A stretch of 64,000 nt of DNA from assembly GCA_002435905.1 (NCBI GenBank), contig DIWW01000001.1, positions 23,283-87,282 on the forward strand, in the 5' to 3' direction. The position numbers and the translations under genes are program-made. Shown in pieces: positions 47,782 to 57,648 of this stretch (the stretch's first letter is position 1; every line of letters begins with the position of its first letter). Origin of the DNA: Peptococcaceae bacterium UBA6096 (GTDB lineage Bacteria; Bacillota; Peptococcia; DRI-13; UBA5745). Under the pieces are notes generated by a model. The model searched no databases and had not been told where the DNA came from. It saw nothing but the letters and a program-made list of their open reading frames with translations.

Positions 47782-49120
47782 ATATCAAGAATATGTGACT
47801 GATTATATCCTAACTCACCCGATTGCAGCCGTTTTGCTGGACATGGGTTTAGGCAAGAGTGTCATTGCACTGACTGCCATTTTTGATCTCACACTGGATA
47901 GCTTTTTGATTCGAAAGGTCCTGGTCATTGCACCGCTGAGAGTAGCAAGGGATACGTGGCCAACCGAGATTGAAAAATGGGATCATTTGAATGGACTTAG
48001 ATACACAGTTGCTGTAGGCTCCGAAGAACAAAGGAAATCAGCCCTGCGACAGCAAGCTCAAGTTTACATTATCAACCGTGAGAATGTTGAATGGCTTATT
48101 TATCGGAGTGGGATTCCTTTTGACTATGACATGGTAGTAATCGATGAGCTGTCGTCCTTTAAGTCGCATCAGGCAAAGCGGTTCAAAAGCCTTTTGAAAA
48201 TCAGACCTTTAGTCAAAAGGGTTGTGGGTCTTACAGGTACTCCTTCTTCAAATGGACTAATGGATCTCTGGGCTGAATATCGACTGCTGGATATGGGGCA
48301 GCGCCTTGGACGTTTTATAGGTAAATACCGTGAAGACTATTTTAGTCCTGATAAACGCAATCAACAGATTGTATTTTCTTATAAACCAAAACCAGGAGCT
48401 GAAGAAACGATCTACCAGAGGATTTCTGACATTACCATCAGCATGAAGGGTTCCGATTATCTTAAATTGCCGGAGCTGGTCATGAACGAGGTTCCTGTTA
48501 GGTTATCTGAAAAAGAAATGGAAACCGTCGAAACTATGAAGCGGGATCTTGTTGCAATGATTAAAGGTGAAGAAATAACAGCAGCCAATGCCGCAGCATT
48601 GTCAGGGAAACTACTGCAAATGGCTAATGGAGCAGTTTATGACGATGAAGGCGCTGCTATTCATATACATGATCGAAAGCTGGAAGCCTTAGAGGACTTG
48701 ATAGAAGCCGCCAATGGCAAACCTGTACTTATTGCATATTGGTTTAGACACGATCTTGCCCGTATCAAAGAAAGATTTGCTGTCGAAACCTTAGACGGAT
48801 CTGATTCCATAAGAAGATGGAATAACGGTGAAATTCCGATAGCAGTCATACACCCGGCTTCTGCAGGTCATGGTCTGAATCTTCAGGCTGGTGGCTCAAC
48901 CCTAATATGGTTCGGGTTGACTTGGAGTCTGGAGCTCTATCAACAAACCAATGCCAGGCTCTGGCGGCAAGGTCAAAGAGAAACAGTAGTTATTCACCAT
49001 CTTATCGCCAAAGATACGATAGATGAGAAGGTGATGAAAGCACTTAAAGATAAGGACAATACCCAGTCAGCCCTTATCGATGCAGTCAAAGCAACATTCA
49101 TAGGAGGTTCGATGCGATGA
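47762..49120 (+). CDS. SNF2/DEAD-like helicase
   Basis: LDMGLGKS, VIDELS, LTGTP, AGHGLNLQ, Q.NARLWRQGQ. Confidence 0.9.
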   Translation: MKYSPHKYQEYVTDYILTHPIAAVLLDMGLGKSVIALTAIFDLTLDSFLIRKVLVIAPLRVARDTWPTEIEKWDHLNGLRYTVAVGSEEQRKSALRQQAQVYIINRENVEWLIYRSGIPFDYDMVVIDELSSFKSHQAKRFKSLLKIRPLVKRVVGLTGTPSSNGLMDLWAEYRLLDMGQRLGRFIGKYREDYFSPDKRNQQIVFSYKPKPGAEETIYQRISDITISMKGSDYLKLPELVMNEVPVRLSEKEMETVETMKRDLVAMIKGEEITAANAAALSGKLLQMANGAVYDDEGAAIHIHDRKLEALEDLIEAANGKPVLIAYWFRHDLARIKERFAVETLDGSDSIRRWNNGEIPIAVIHPASAGHGLNLQAGGSTLIWFGLTWSLELYQQTNARLWRQGQRETVVIHHLIAKDTIDEKVMKALKDKDNTQSALIDAVKATFIGGSMR

Positions 49121-49572
49121 ATATAGTTTGGCATTACCTAGATAAAAAGATGGCAGCGATCAATGCGCTCAAGGATTACAGCAACATGGAATATATACTT
49201 GATCATACCGATGAAGACATCGCTACCATTCACGAAAAGATAGAATCACCAAGGAGTTCGGTTCCAACCGGAATGCCGAGTGCTCACAATCCTAAAGCGA
49301 TAGAGGACCGTCTGGTTTTTGGTATTGATGAGATTGATGTGCTTAAGGAACGTTATAGACAGGCCTTGGAGTACATGAAATGGTTCAAGCCCGCTTGGGA
49401 GAATCTCGATGAGGATTCGCAATTTATCCTGAATGAATTCTTTGTCCGAGATATTACAAAGACCGAGGCCATTCTAAATGTTAGTGAACAGCTACATATT
49501 GAACGTTCCTGGGTGTACAAGAAAAAGGAAGATGCTCTGCGTCAGCTGACGCTACTCCTATATGGAATTTAG
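49117..49572 (+). CDS. Phage late transcriptional activator (DUF1492/ArpU-like)
   Basis: C-terminal HTH-like segment (AILNVSEQLHIERSWVYKKK); position just before HNH/terS. Confidence 0.65.
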   Translation: MNIVWHYLDKKMAAINALKDYSNMEYILDHTDEDIATIHEKIESPRSSVPTGMPSAHNPKAIEDRLVFGIDEIDVLKERYRQALEYMKWFKPAWENLDEDSQFILNEFFVRDITKTEAILNVSEQLHIERSWVYKKKEDALRQLTLLLYGI

Positions 49573-49695
49573 GAGTGGACAAATAGCGGACGCAATTTAC
49601 AAAAAACCGTACTAGAATAGTATTATGGAAAGCTACAAAGAGCCTTCGTGGAAAATACCGCGAGGGCTTTCTTTATGCCCGAGAGGAGGTGTTAT

Positions 49696-50055
49696 ATGCC
49701 AAGGAAACCAAAACGACCATGCTCACATCCAGGTTGTCCTGAGCTTACAGAGAACCGGTTTTGTGAAAAGCACGCCAAGCAGGAGGCCTCCCGTTATGAG
49801 AAGTACGACCGTGATTCGGTAACCCGAAAGCGATATGGACGTGCATGGAAGCGCATACGTGACCGGTACATTGAATCGCACCCGCTCTGTGAAGAGTGTG
49901 TAAAGAATGGGAAAATGACACCGGCTACTGAGGTGCATCACATCCTTCCGCTCGCACGTGGTGGTAATCATGATGAATCGAACCTCAAAGCTCTTTGTAC
50001 GCCTTGTCATTCATCCATCACAGCGCGTGATGGTGACCGCTGGCACGACCGGTAG
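49696..50055 (+). CDS. Phage HNH endonuclease (terminase-associated)
   Basis: PLCEEC...EVHHILPL..GG.H...NL.ALC..CH. Confidence 0.9.
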   Translation: MPRKPKRPCSHPGCPELTENRFCEKHAKQEASRYEKYDRDSVTRKRYGRAWKRIRDRYIESHPLCEECVKNGKMTPATEVHHILPLARGGNHDESNLKALCTPCHSSITARDGDRWHDR

Positions 50056-50130
50056 GAGGGATCAAATCTCTGTAGCTCGTTTGCTGGGGAACGGGCGTAG
50101 GGTGTCGTGTGAATTTTTTCATAAGTTTTG
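50056..50130 (+). other. Putative cos packaging site region
   Basis: Lies between HNH and terS; GGAGGGATCAAATCTCTG...ACGGGCGTAGGG pattern. Position is inferred from HK97-like architecture. Confidence 0.4.
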
Positions 50131-50168
50131 GGGGTATTAACCCCCTCATTCAGATCGGAGGTGAATAC

Positions 50169-50702
50169 ATGGGTAAAAGAGGTCCGCAGCCAGGTGTAGG
50201 TGGCAGGCCGCGAAAGGCTTTAGCGGATAAAATACAGGATGGAAAATCGCGCAATCTTCAAATTGTACCTTTGCCTGAAGGTGACTCTGAGACAGGGTCA
50301 GAAATGCCAAAGCCCGCTGATTGGTTGTCGGCTTCCCAAAAGAATGGGCATCCCTTGATAGCCAATGAGATCTACACAGACACCTGGGGATGGCTTATAA
50401 AACACAAATGCAGTCATCTGGTGCCCAAGCAGCAGATTGAGCAATACTCTATGAGCGCTGCTCGCTGGATTCAGTGTGAACAGGCTATTTCTGAATATGG
50501 TCTTCTGGCAAAGCACCCAACAACAGGTGCACCGATTGCTTCACCTTACGTGAGCATGGCGCAATCCTTCTCTAAACAAACCTATAGTTTATGGGCTCAA
50601 ATTTTCGCAATCGTTCGTGAGAACAGCCTTACTGATTGCTCGAACTATACACCACAAGATGATTTAATGGAGCGCCTACTAAGCGCCCGGAAAGGAAAAT
50701 GA
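50169..50702 (+). CDS. terS: Terminase small subunit (P27 family)
   Basis: GKRGP.PG.GGRPRK and YC-like YSMSAARWIQCE..I...G...KHPTTG.PI.SP. Confidence 0.85.
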   Translation: MGKRGPQPGVGGRPRKALADKIQDGKSRNLQIVPLPEGDSETGSEMPKPADWLSASQKNGHPLIANEIYTDTWGWLIKHKCSHLVPKQQIEQYSMSAARWIQCEQAISEYGLLAKHPTTGAPIASPYVSMAQSFSKQTYSLWAQIFAIVRENSLTDCSNYTPQDDLMERLLSARKGK

Positions 50703-50703
50703 T

Positions 50704-51879
50704 ATGGAGAATAAATTCTTAACAGCAGAAAGTGTGTGCGAAGGGCATCCAGACAAGCTCTGTGATCTCATCGCAGATAGTGTTTTGGATGCTTGCTTAC
50801 GCAAAGACCGCGGCTCTCGGGTTGCCTGCGAGGTAATGGCTACTAAGGGCAAGATTATCGTGGCGGGCGAAATCACCTGTAGCGGTAAAATCGATATTCG
50901 AATGATTGTGAGAGATACACTGCGGAAGGTTGGATACAATCCGTGGAAGTATCTCATTTTTGTTTACGTGCACAAACAGAGTCGGGACATCGCAAATGGA
51001 GTAGGAAATGCCCTGGAATCAAGGAAGGGCGACACTTCATGGTATAACACCTTAGGTGCCGGAGACCAAGGGACGATGTACGGTTATGCTACCAATGAAA
51101 CGAGGCAGATGCTCCCGCTTCCAGTGGTTTTAGCAAACCGTATTACAAAACGACTTGATCAGGTTCGTCACGATGGACTTATCAAGGGCATCAAGCCAGA
51201 TGGCAAAGCGCAGATCACCGTGGAGTATGAAGATGGGAAGCCAAAGCGCATTAAAACAATCATCGTATCAATCCAACATGACGCGGCGAAAGAGTCTGAG
51301 GAGCTAAGCCGGGATATTTATTCCCACGTCCTGTGGAAGTGCTTTGAGGATTTTCCTTTTGATGAAGAGACGGAAGTCCTTATTAATCCTTCCGGTAGGT
51401 TTGTTGAAGGAGGGCCTTCGGCTGATACCGGGCTGACTGGCAGAAAGTTGATGGTCGATACCTATGGCGGACTTGCAGCCCATGGTGGCGGTGCCTTCTG
51501 TGGGAAAGACCCAACAAAGGTTGACCGGTCCGCAGCTTACATGGCCAGGAACATTGCCAAACATATCGTCTGGTGTGAGTTTGCTAAGCAATGCCAAGTC
51601 AATATTGCCTATGCCATTGGAAAGGCTGATCCCGTATCGGTCGAAGTTGATACGTTTGGAACAGGAACAGTTTCTGACGCGATACTTCGCGAAGCGATCA
51701 AGGAAGTATGGTGCCTTCGTCCGGCAGCAATTATTGAAACACTTGATCTGCGGTTCCCTCGTTATAAGGAAACAGCGGTGTATGGTCATTTTTCATCCTG
51801 CTTGTACCCTTGGGAGGATGTCAGAAAGTATAAAGAACTTAAAGAGGCGGTGATGCGATTTGAGCAAGACAACCAGTGA
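50704..51879 (+). CDS. metK: Phage-encoded S-adenosylmethionine synthetase
   Basis: AESVCEGHPDK, GAGDQG, DGKAQ, NPSG.F..GGP.ADTGLTGRK and GGGAFCGKDPTKVDRS. Confidence 0.92.
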   Translation: MENKFLTAESVCEGHPDKLCDLIADSVLDACLRKDRGSRVACEVMATKGKIIVAGEITCSGKIDIRMIVRDTLRKVGYNPWKYLIFVYVHKQSRDIANGVGNALESRKGDTSWYNTLGAGDQGTMYGYATNETRQMLPLPVVLANRITKRLDQVRHDGLIKGIKPDGKAQITVEYEDGKPKRIKTIIVSIQHDAAKESEELSRDIYSHVLWKCFEDFPFDEETEVLINPSGRFVEGGPSADTGLTGRKLMVDTYGGLAAHGGGAFCGKDPTKVDRSAAYMARNIAKHIVWCEFAKQCQVNIAYAIGKADPVSVEVDTFGTGTVSDAILREAIKEVWCLRPAAIIETLDLRFPRYKETAVYGHFSSCLYPWEDVRKYKELKEAVMRFEQDNQ

Positions 51880-53125
51880 TATGAAGCTGGTACCTATCCA
51901 GGAACTGGTACCATATATAAATAACGCACGAACACACTCGGCTGCACAGATCACCAAGCTCCGTTCAAGCTTAAGGGAGTTTGGCTTCGTCAATCCCATC
52001 ATTATCGACCGGGATTACAGTGTGATTGCTGGACATGGTCGTCTGATTGCCGCCAAGGAAGAAGGGTTTTTAGAGGTCCCATGTGTGTTTGTAGACTACT
52101 TGACTGAAGCTCAGAAAAAAGCATATATCATCGCTGACAACCGTTATGCAGAGGATGCAGGGTGGGATGAAGAACTTTTAAGGTTAGAGATTGAAAGTCT
52201 TCAGGGCATGGAGTTTAATGTTGAACTGCTAGGATTTGATCCGGCTGAACTCAACAAGCTTCTGACAAACGACGACGATATCCAAGAAGATGATTTCGAT
52301 GTTGATGCAGAGCTGAAAAAGCCGGCACTAACTCAGTCAGGCGATGTTTGGATGTTAGGAAATCATCGTCTAGTTTGTGGTGACAGCACTAAGCCTGAGA
52401 CCTATAAAGTCCTAATGGATGGAAAGAAAGCAAATCTGGTAGTTACAGATCCACCTTACAATGTTAACTACGAAGGATCAGCCGGAAAAATCAAAAATGA
52501 CAACATGGGCAATGAAGCGTTCTACACCTTCCTCTTTGATGCATTCAAAAGCATGGAAGAGGTTATGGCACAGGACGCTTCTATTTATGTGTTCCATGCA
52601 GACACTGAAGGTCTGAATTTCAGAAAGGCTTTCTCAGATGCTGGCTTTTATCTCTCCGGGACCTGCATCTGGAAGAAACAGAGTCTTGTACTGGGGAGAT
52701 CACCCTATCAGTGGCAGCATGAGCCGGTCCTTTTCGGATGGAAGAAAAAGGGCAAACACATGTGGTACTCGGACCGCAAGCAGTCAACCATCTGGGAATA
52801 TGACAAACCTAAGAAAAACGGTGACCACCCAACTATGAAGCCCGTAGCCTTGATTGCAAACCCGATCACTAATTCAAGCATGACGGGCTGCATTGTTCTT
52901 GATCCCTTTGGGGGTTCGGGTTCAACTCTCATTGCCTGCGAACAAACTGACCGCATATGTCACACCATCGAACTCGATGAGAAGTTTTGTGATGTTATCA
53001 TAAAGCGATTTATCGAGCAGGTTGGTTCTGATGAACAGGTTTTTCTCCTGCGTGATGGAAGCAAAAAAGCCTTCGGTGAGCTTGCAGAAAACATAGAAAC
53101 TCAGCCTACAAAACAACAGAATTAG
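51860..53125 (+). CDS. ParB-like N-terminus fused to N6/N4 DNA methyltransferase
   Basis: NNARTH...IAGHGR...ADNR; VTDPPYN; HPTMKP; DPFGGSGST. Confidence 0.9.
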   Translation: MSKTTSDMKLVPIQELVPYINNARTHSAAQITKLRSSLREFGFVNPIIIDRDYSVIAGHGRLIAAKEEGFLEVPCVFVDYLTEAQKKAYIIADNRYAEDAGWDEELLRLEIESLQGMEFNVELLGFDPAELNKLLTNDDDIQEDDFDVDAELKKPALTQSGDVWMLGNHRLVCGDSTKPETYKVLMDGKKANLVVTDPPYNVNYEGSAGKIKNDNMGNEAFYTFLFDAFKSMEEVMAQDASIYVFHADTEGLNFRKAFSDAGFYLSGTCIWKKQSLVLGRSPYQWQHEPVLFGWKKKGKHMWYSDRKQSTIWEYDKPKKNGDHPTMKPVALIANPITNSSMTGCIVLDPFGGSGSTLIACEQTDRICHTIELDEKFCDVIIKRFIEQVGSDEQVFLLRDGSKKAFGELAENIETQPTKQQN

Positions 53126-53187
53126 CTTGATATTACACTGGGTTAGAGTGATATATGTAACTACCAAAAAGAAAGGTGGTTAATCAT

Positions 53188-53907
53188 ATGGAAATCAAAT
53201 TTAACTGCACAGACACCGGGCGTAAGGCATTGGTTAATGCAATTGGGGAACTACTGGAGACCAAACCAGCATACAAAGGAGCACCATCCTTCGCTTACGA
53301 CATCAACGGCTTTGTGGTAGACAAAAACGGTGAGCTTTTCTTCGATGAGCACATCGACATCAACGAGGTTGAAATGCTTATTGAAAGGCTCGCAGAACGC
53401 GGTTTCGAAGCTGAGGTTGCGGGGAGCATAACAGTAAATGCTTCTTCGGAAGAAATTCAGGAACCAATTGCCGCTGCAAATGAAATCGAAGGGCTTGTAA
53501 TCGAACTGCCAAGGACCACATTTACAGAAACAAGCTTGGAGAACCTAAAGCGCTTGCTGGAAAGCAAGAAAGACCTCATCAAGAAGGCGCTTGGCCTGGA
53601 GACGCTGCCTATTGAAATTACAGATGAAAAGGTCAGCTTCCCTTGGTTTTCATTCCCGGTAAGCGCTGAGGAGATTAAGGCATATTCACACTTCATCTGC
53701 TCACTAAGTGAACTGGCTAAGGAACAAAAGCGGGTGACTGCAAAAGTTAAGGAAACGGACAATGAGAAATATGCCTTCCGGTGCTTTCTTCTCAGACTTG
53801 GTTTTATAGGCCAGGATTATAAAGGGGAGCGCAAAATCCTACTTTCTAAGCTGACCGGAAGCTCGGCTTTCAAAAGCGGAACTTCCAAACAGCAGGAGGC
53901 AGAGTAA
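53188..53907 (+). CDS. Phage hypothetical ('virulence-related'-type) protein
   Basis: RKALV.AI...Y.GAPSFAY and NEKYAFRCFLLRLGFIG..YK..RK.LL..L.GSSAF conserved pattern. Confidence 0.7.
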   Translation: MEIKFNCTDTGRKALVNAIGELLETKPAYKGAPSFAYDINGFVVDKNGELFFDEHIDINEVEMLIERLAERGFEAEVAGSITVNASSEEIQEPIAAANEIEGLVIELPRTTFTETSLENLKRLLESKKDLIKKALGLETLPIEITDEKVSFPWFSFPVSAEEIKAYSHFICSLSELAKEQKRVTAKVKETDNEKYAFRCFLLRLGFIGQDYKGERKILLSKLTGSSAFKSGTSKQQEAE

Positions 53908-53908
53908 A

Positions 53909-54136
53909 ATGCGCATCATTTCTCCAGAAAGACTTCTGCAGCTTAAAACAAAGTACACACCGGGAACGAGAGTTGAGCTGCTTCGAATGAACGATCCCTA
54001 TACCAAACTAAGTCCCGGTGCGACAGGAACGGTAACAGGAGTTGATGATATCGGAACCATCCATGTTTCCTGGGATTGCGGTTCGAGCCTTGGTATAGCT
54101 TATGGCGAGGATCTATGTGAAATCATCAAAGATTGA
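53909..54136 (+). CDS. DUF4314-like small protein
   Basis: Y.PGTRVEL..M.DPY......G.V..VDD.GTIHV.WD.GSSLG. Confidence 0.75.
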   Translation: MRIISPERLLQLKTKYTPGTRVELLRMNDPYTKLSPGATGTVTGVDDIGTIHVSWDCGSSLGIAYGEDLCEIIKD

Positions 54137-54153
54137 TGTGAGGAGGAAAAAAT

Positions 54154-54639
54154 GTGAAAGCGCATTTTGTTAGAAAAGCCAGTACAATAGACGATTTGAA
54201 GGGGTATGAGAAAGAAAGCGGCAGTCAATTTGATATCGAGGAAGTTGTTGAGCTTGAACCAGAACAGTTCAAATCATTTTCCGAAAACCTGCTTGATGAT
54301 CATGACTTCATTGCCAAACGCGTTGATAAGATGTTCATGGATACGGATAAGGTTTGGCACTGCATTCTGGTCAAGGCTAAAGGAACTGATGAAGGCATAC
54401 TGGTTGAAAGCGAAGGCTACGATTACGCAAGGTATGCAGCCTACTATCCCGGTAAAGAAAACCCAAAAGACCAGATAAAAAGACAGATTATAGCCATCAG
54501 GGATACCGGTGAGACCAACATGTTTGATACACCGATGGTTCAGCGGATGGCTTATGAGCGAGGATACTTCGAGCTTGTGACATTCCTTGAGGAACATAAA
54601 GAGAAATACAGCCACTTTATTCTCACCGGCGAACTATAA
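54154..54639 (+). CDS. Phage hypothetical protein (DUF6329-like + DUF5049-like fusion)
   Basis: GILVESEGYDYARY followed by QI.AIRDTGETNMFD...VQ..A....YFELV. Confidence 0.6.
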   Translation: MKAHFVRKASTIDDLKGYEKESGSQFDIEEVVELEPEQFKSFSENLLDDHDFIAKRVDKMFMDTDKVWHCILVKAKGTDEGILVESEGYDYARYAAYYPGKENPKDQIKRQIIAIRDTGETNMFDTPMVQRMAYERGYFELVTFLEEHKEKYSHFILTGEL

Positions 54640-54660
54640 AATACAAGAAATGACATACAA

Positions 54661-54682
54661 GAAGCCTTTCGGGGCTTTTTTT
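54661..54682 (+). terminator. Terminator closing the accessory cassette before terL
   Basis: AAGCCT-TTCG-GGGCTT followed by TTTTT. Confidence 0.75.
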
Positions 54683-54713
54683 GTCGTTCATGAATTGAAG
54701 GAGGTGACCGCGT

Positions 54714-56318
54714 ATACGAAAGCTGAAGAAATACAAGCCAACCCGATTTATGAGCAAAGATAGCCATTATGACAAAGCAACAGCGGACTACGCGGTCGGA
54801 TTTATTGAGTGTCTATCACATACAAAAGGGACATGGGCAGGAAAACCATTTGAGCTCATTGACTGGCAAGAACAAATCATTCGCGATGTATTCGGAACCA
54901 TTAAATCAAACGGGTATCGGCAGTTTAACACAGCTTATGTGGAGATACCTAAAAAGATGGGCAAATCGGAGCTGGCAGCTGCTGTGGCACTTCTTCTTAC
55001 CTGCGGTGACGGTGAAGAACGAGCTGAGGTTTACGGCTGCGCTGCGGATCGTAACCAGGCATCTATCGTCTTTAATGTGGCGGCTGACATGGTGAGACTA
55101 TGCCCGGCACTATCAAAGCGAGTGAAAATTCTTGATTCGCAAAAGCGATTAATATATTTACCAACCGGGAGCATTTATCAGGTGCTTTCTGCAGATGTTT
55201 CAAACAAACATGGATTCAACACCCACGGCGTAGTATTCGATGAGCTACATACACAGCCTAACAGAAAGCTTTTTGATGTTATGACCAAAGGCAGTGGCGA
55301 TGCAAGAATGCAGCCACTGTATTTTCTTATCACCACTGCCGGTAACGATACAAACAGCATATGTTATGAGATTCATCAAAAGGCACAAGACCTTCTTGAT
55401 GGTAGAAAAAACGATCCGACATTTTACCCAGTGATTTATGGGGCGGATGAAGCGGATAACTGGACCGACCCAAAGGTATGGAAAAAAGCAAACCCCTCGC
55501 TCGGTATTACGGTGGGTATTGATAAGGTGCGGGCAGCCTGTGAGAGTGCAAAACAAAATCCTGCAGAGGAAAACAGCTTCAGGCAGCTACGACTCAATCA
55601 ATGGGTCAAGCAGGCAATCCGATGGATGCCTATGGATAGATGGGATAAGTGCTCATTCACAACCGATCCCGATTCGCTTGCTGGACGCGTTTGCTATGGC
55701 GGACTCGATCTTTCCAGTACAACGGATATCACAGCATTTGTACTGGTTTTCCCACCAGAAGAAGAGGACGACAAGTTTATCATTCTTCCTTACTTCTGGA
55801 TGCCTGAAGAAAATATTGACCTGCGTGTACGACGTGACCATGTGCCTTATGAAATTTGGGAAAAACAAGGGTATCTCAAAACGACTGATGGTAATGTTGT
55901 TCACTATGGTTTTATTGAAGCGTTCATTGAGAAACTCGGAGAGAAATACAACATTAGAGAAATTGCCTTTGACCGGTGGGGAGCGGTGCAAATGGTTCAG
56001 AACCTTGAAGGCATGGGTTTTGTAGTTGTTCCTTTCGGCCAGGGATTTAAAGACATGTCTCCACCGACAAAGGAGCTCATGAAATTGACACTGGAAGAAA
56101 AGCTGGCTCATGGAGGGCATCCTGTTCTCCGATGGATGATGGACAATATCTTTATCCGAACCGATCCTGCTGGGAACATCAAACCGGACAAAGAGAAGAG
56201 TACAGAAAAAATTGACGGAGCTGTCGCAACGATAATGGCATTAGATCGCGCGTTACGATGCGGTAGCGACAATAGAGGGGAGTCTGTGTATAACGATCGC
56301 GGGCTTCTTTTTTTATAA
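54714..56318 (+). CDS. terL: Terminase large subunit (likely ATA start; first ATG at 54750)
   Basis: EIPKKMGKS Walker A, VFDELH, GGLDLS, DGAVA nuclease motifs; AGGAGGTG SD 9 nt before an in-frame ATA. Confidence 0.93.
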   Translation: MRKLKKYKPTRFMSKDSHYDKATADYAVGFIECLSHTKGTWAGKPFELIDWQEQIIRDVFGTIKSNGYRQFNTAYVEIPKKMGKSELAAAVALLLTCGDGEERAEVYGCAADRNQASIVFNVAADMVRLCPALSKRVKILDSQKRLIYLPTGSIYQVLSADVSNKHGFNTHGVVFDELHTQPNRKLFDVMTKGSGDARMQPLYFLITTAGNDTNSICYEIHQKAQDLLDGRKNDPTFYPVIYGADEADNWTDPKVWKKANPSLGITVGIDKVRAACESAKQNPAEENSFRQLRLNQWVKQAIRWMPMDRWDKCSFTTDPDSLAGRVCYGGLDLSSTTDITAFVLVFPPEEEDDKFIILPYFWMPEENIDLRVRRDHVPYEIWEKQGYLKTTDGNVVHYGFIEAFIEKLGEKYNIREIAFDRWGAVQMVQNLEGMGFVVVPFGQGFKDMSPPTKELMKLTLEEKLAHGGHPVLRWMMDNIFIRTDPAGNIKPDKEKSTEKIDGAVATIMALDRALRCGSDNRGESVYNDRGLLFL

Positions 56319-56358
56319 AAAACTTTAAAAAACAAGAGCTTATCTGGAGGTGTAGCCA

Positions 56359-57639
56359 ATGAATATACCCATTATTTCAAAGATTTTCAAGGCAAGAGAC
56401 AAGCCTAGCGACTACTATACTGGTTCGGATTACACCTTTTTATTCGGACCTACCACAAGCGGAAAGAGCGTAAATGAGTTTACCGCCATGCAAACTACGG
56501 CGGTTTATTCCTGTGTGCGGATTTTGTCAGAGGCTTTAGCTTCCCTGCCGCTTCATATTTACCGCTACAAAGAGGGAGGTAAGGAAAGGGTCTATGACCA
56601 TCCGCTTTATCACATCCTCCACGACGAACCAAACAGTGAAATGACATCATTTGTGTTTAGAGAAACGCTCATGAGCCATTTGCTCATCTGGGGGAATGCC
56701 TATGTACAGGTCATACGTGATGGCGCTGGAAGGGTACTTGGTCTATATCCTCTCTTACCAAACAAAGTGAATGTTGGCAGGGACAAAAGTGGGGAGATTT
56801 TTTATACCTATGCTCGAACCTCGGACGAGAATCCAAACTTCAAGGACTACGGAACGGTGGTCCTCCGAAAACAGGATGTTTTGCACATACCCGGACTTGG
56901 ATTTGATGGTCTGGTGGGATACTCGCCTATTGCAATGGCAAAGAACGCTGTAGGAATGACGCTTGCATGCGAGGAATATGGCGCCAGTTTCTTTGCCAAT
57001 GGAGCCAATCCTGGCGGTGTTCTTGAGCATCCCGGTGTGCTTAAAGACCCCAAGAAGGTTCGAGATTCCTGGAATGAAGTGTACCGCGGAACAAATAACG
57101 CCCACAAGGTAGCCGTTCTGGAAGAGGGAATGAAATACCAGCAGATCGGTATCCCGCCGGAAGAAGCTCAGTTTCTGGAAACACGAAAGTTCCAGATCAA
57201 TGAGATAGCCAGGCTTTACAGAATCCCTCCACACATGGTGGGCGATCTCGAGAAATCCAGCTTTTCAAATATTGAGCAGCAGTCACTTGAATTTGTGAAG
57301 TATACCCTTGATCCCTGGGTGATTCGGTGGGAGCAGGCACTGCAACGGTCACTGCTGCTGCCTAAAGAGAAAAGCGAATACTTCATAAAGCTTAATGTTG
57401 ACGGACTGCTTCGAGGCGATTACCAGAGCCGCATGAATGGCTACTCGATTGGAAGGCAAAACGGCTGGCTATCTGCTAACGACATCCGCGAGATGGAGGA
57501 TATGAATTCTATTTCTGAAGATGAGGGAGGAGACTTGTATCTCATAAACGGCAATATGACAAAGCTCAAGGATGCCGGAGCTTTTGCAAACACAGGTGAG
57601 CAATCTACCGGCAACTTAAACTTAACAGAAAGGAAGTGA
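56359..57639 (+). CDS. HK97-family portal protein
   Basis: AVYSCVRILSE.LASLP, LLIWGNAY, GYSPI, FFANGA.PGG, IPPHM.G, S.SNIEQQ. Confidence 0.93.
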   Translation: MNIPIISKIFKARDKPSDYYTGSDYTFLFGPTTSGKSVNEFTAMQTTAVYSCVRILSEALASLPLHIYRYKEGGKERVYDHPLYHILHDEPNSEMTSFVFRETLMSHLLIWGNAYVQVIRDGAGRVLGLYPLLPNKVNVGRDKSGEIFYTYARTSDENPNFKDYGTVVLRKQDVLHIPGLGFDGLVGYSPIAMAKNAVGMTLACEEYGASFFANGANPGGVLEHPGVLKDPKKVRDSWNEVYRGTNNAHKVAVLEEGMKYQQIGIPPEEAQFLETRKFQINEIARLYRIPPHMVGDLEKSSFSNIEQQSLEFVKYTLDPWVIRWEQALQRSLLLPKEKSEYFIKLNVDGLLRGDYQSRMNGYSIGRQNGWLSANDIREMEDMNSISEDEGGDLYLINGNMTKLKDAGAFANTGEQSTGNLNLTERK

Positions 57640-57648
57640 TACAACGAT

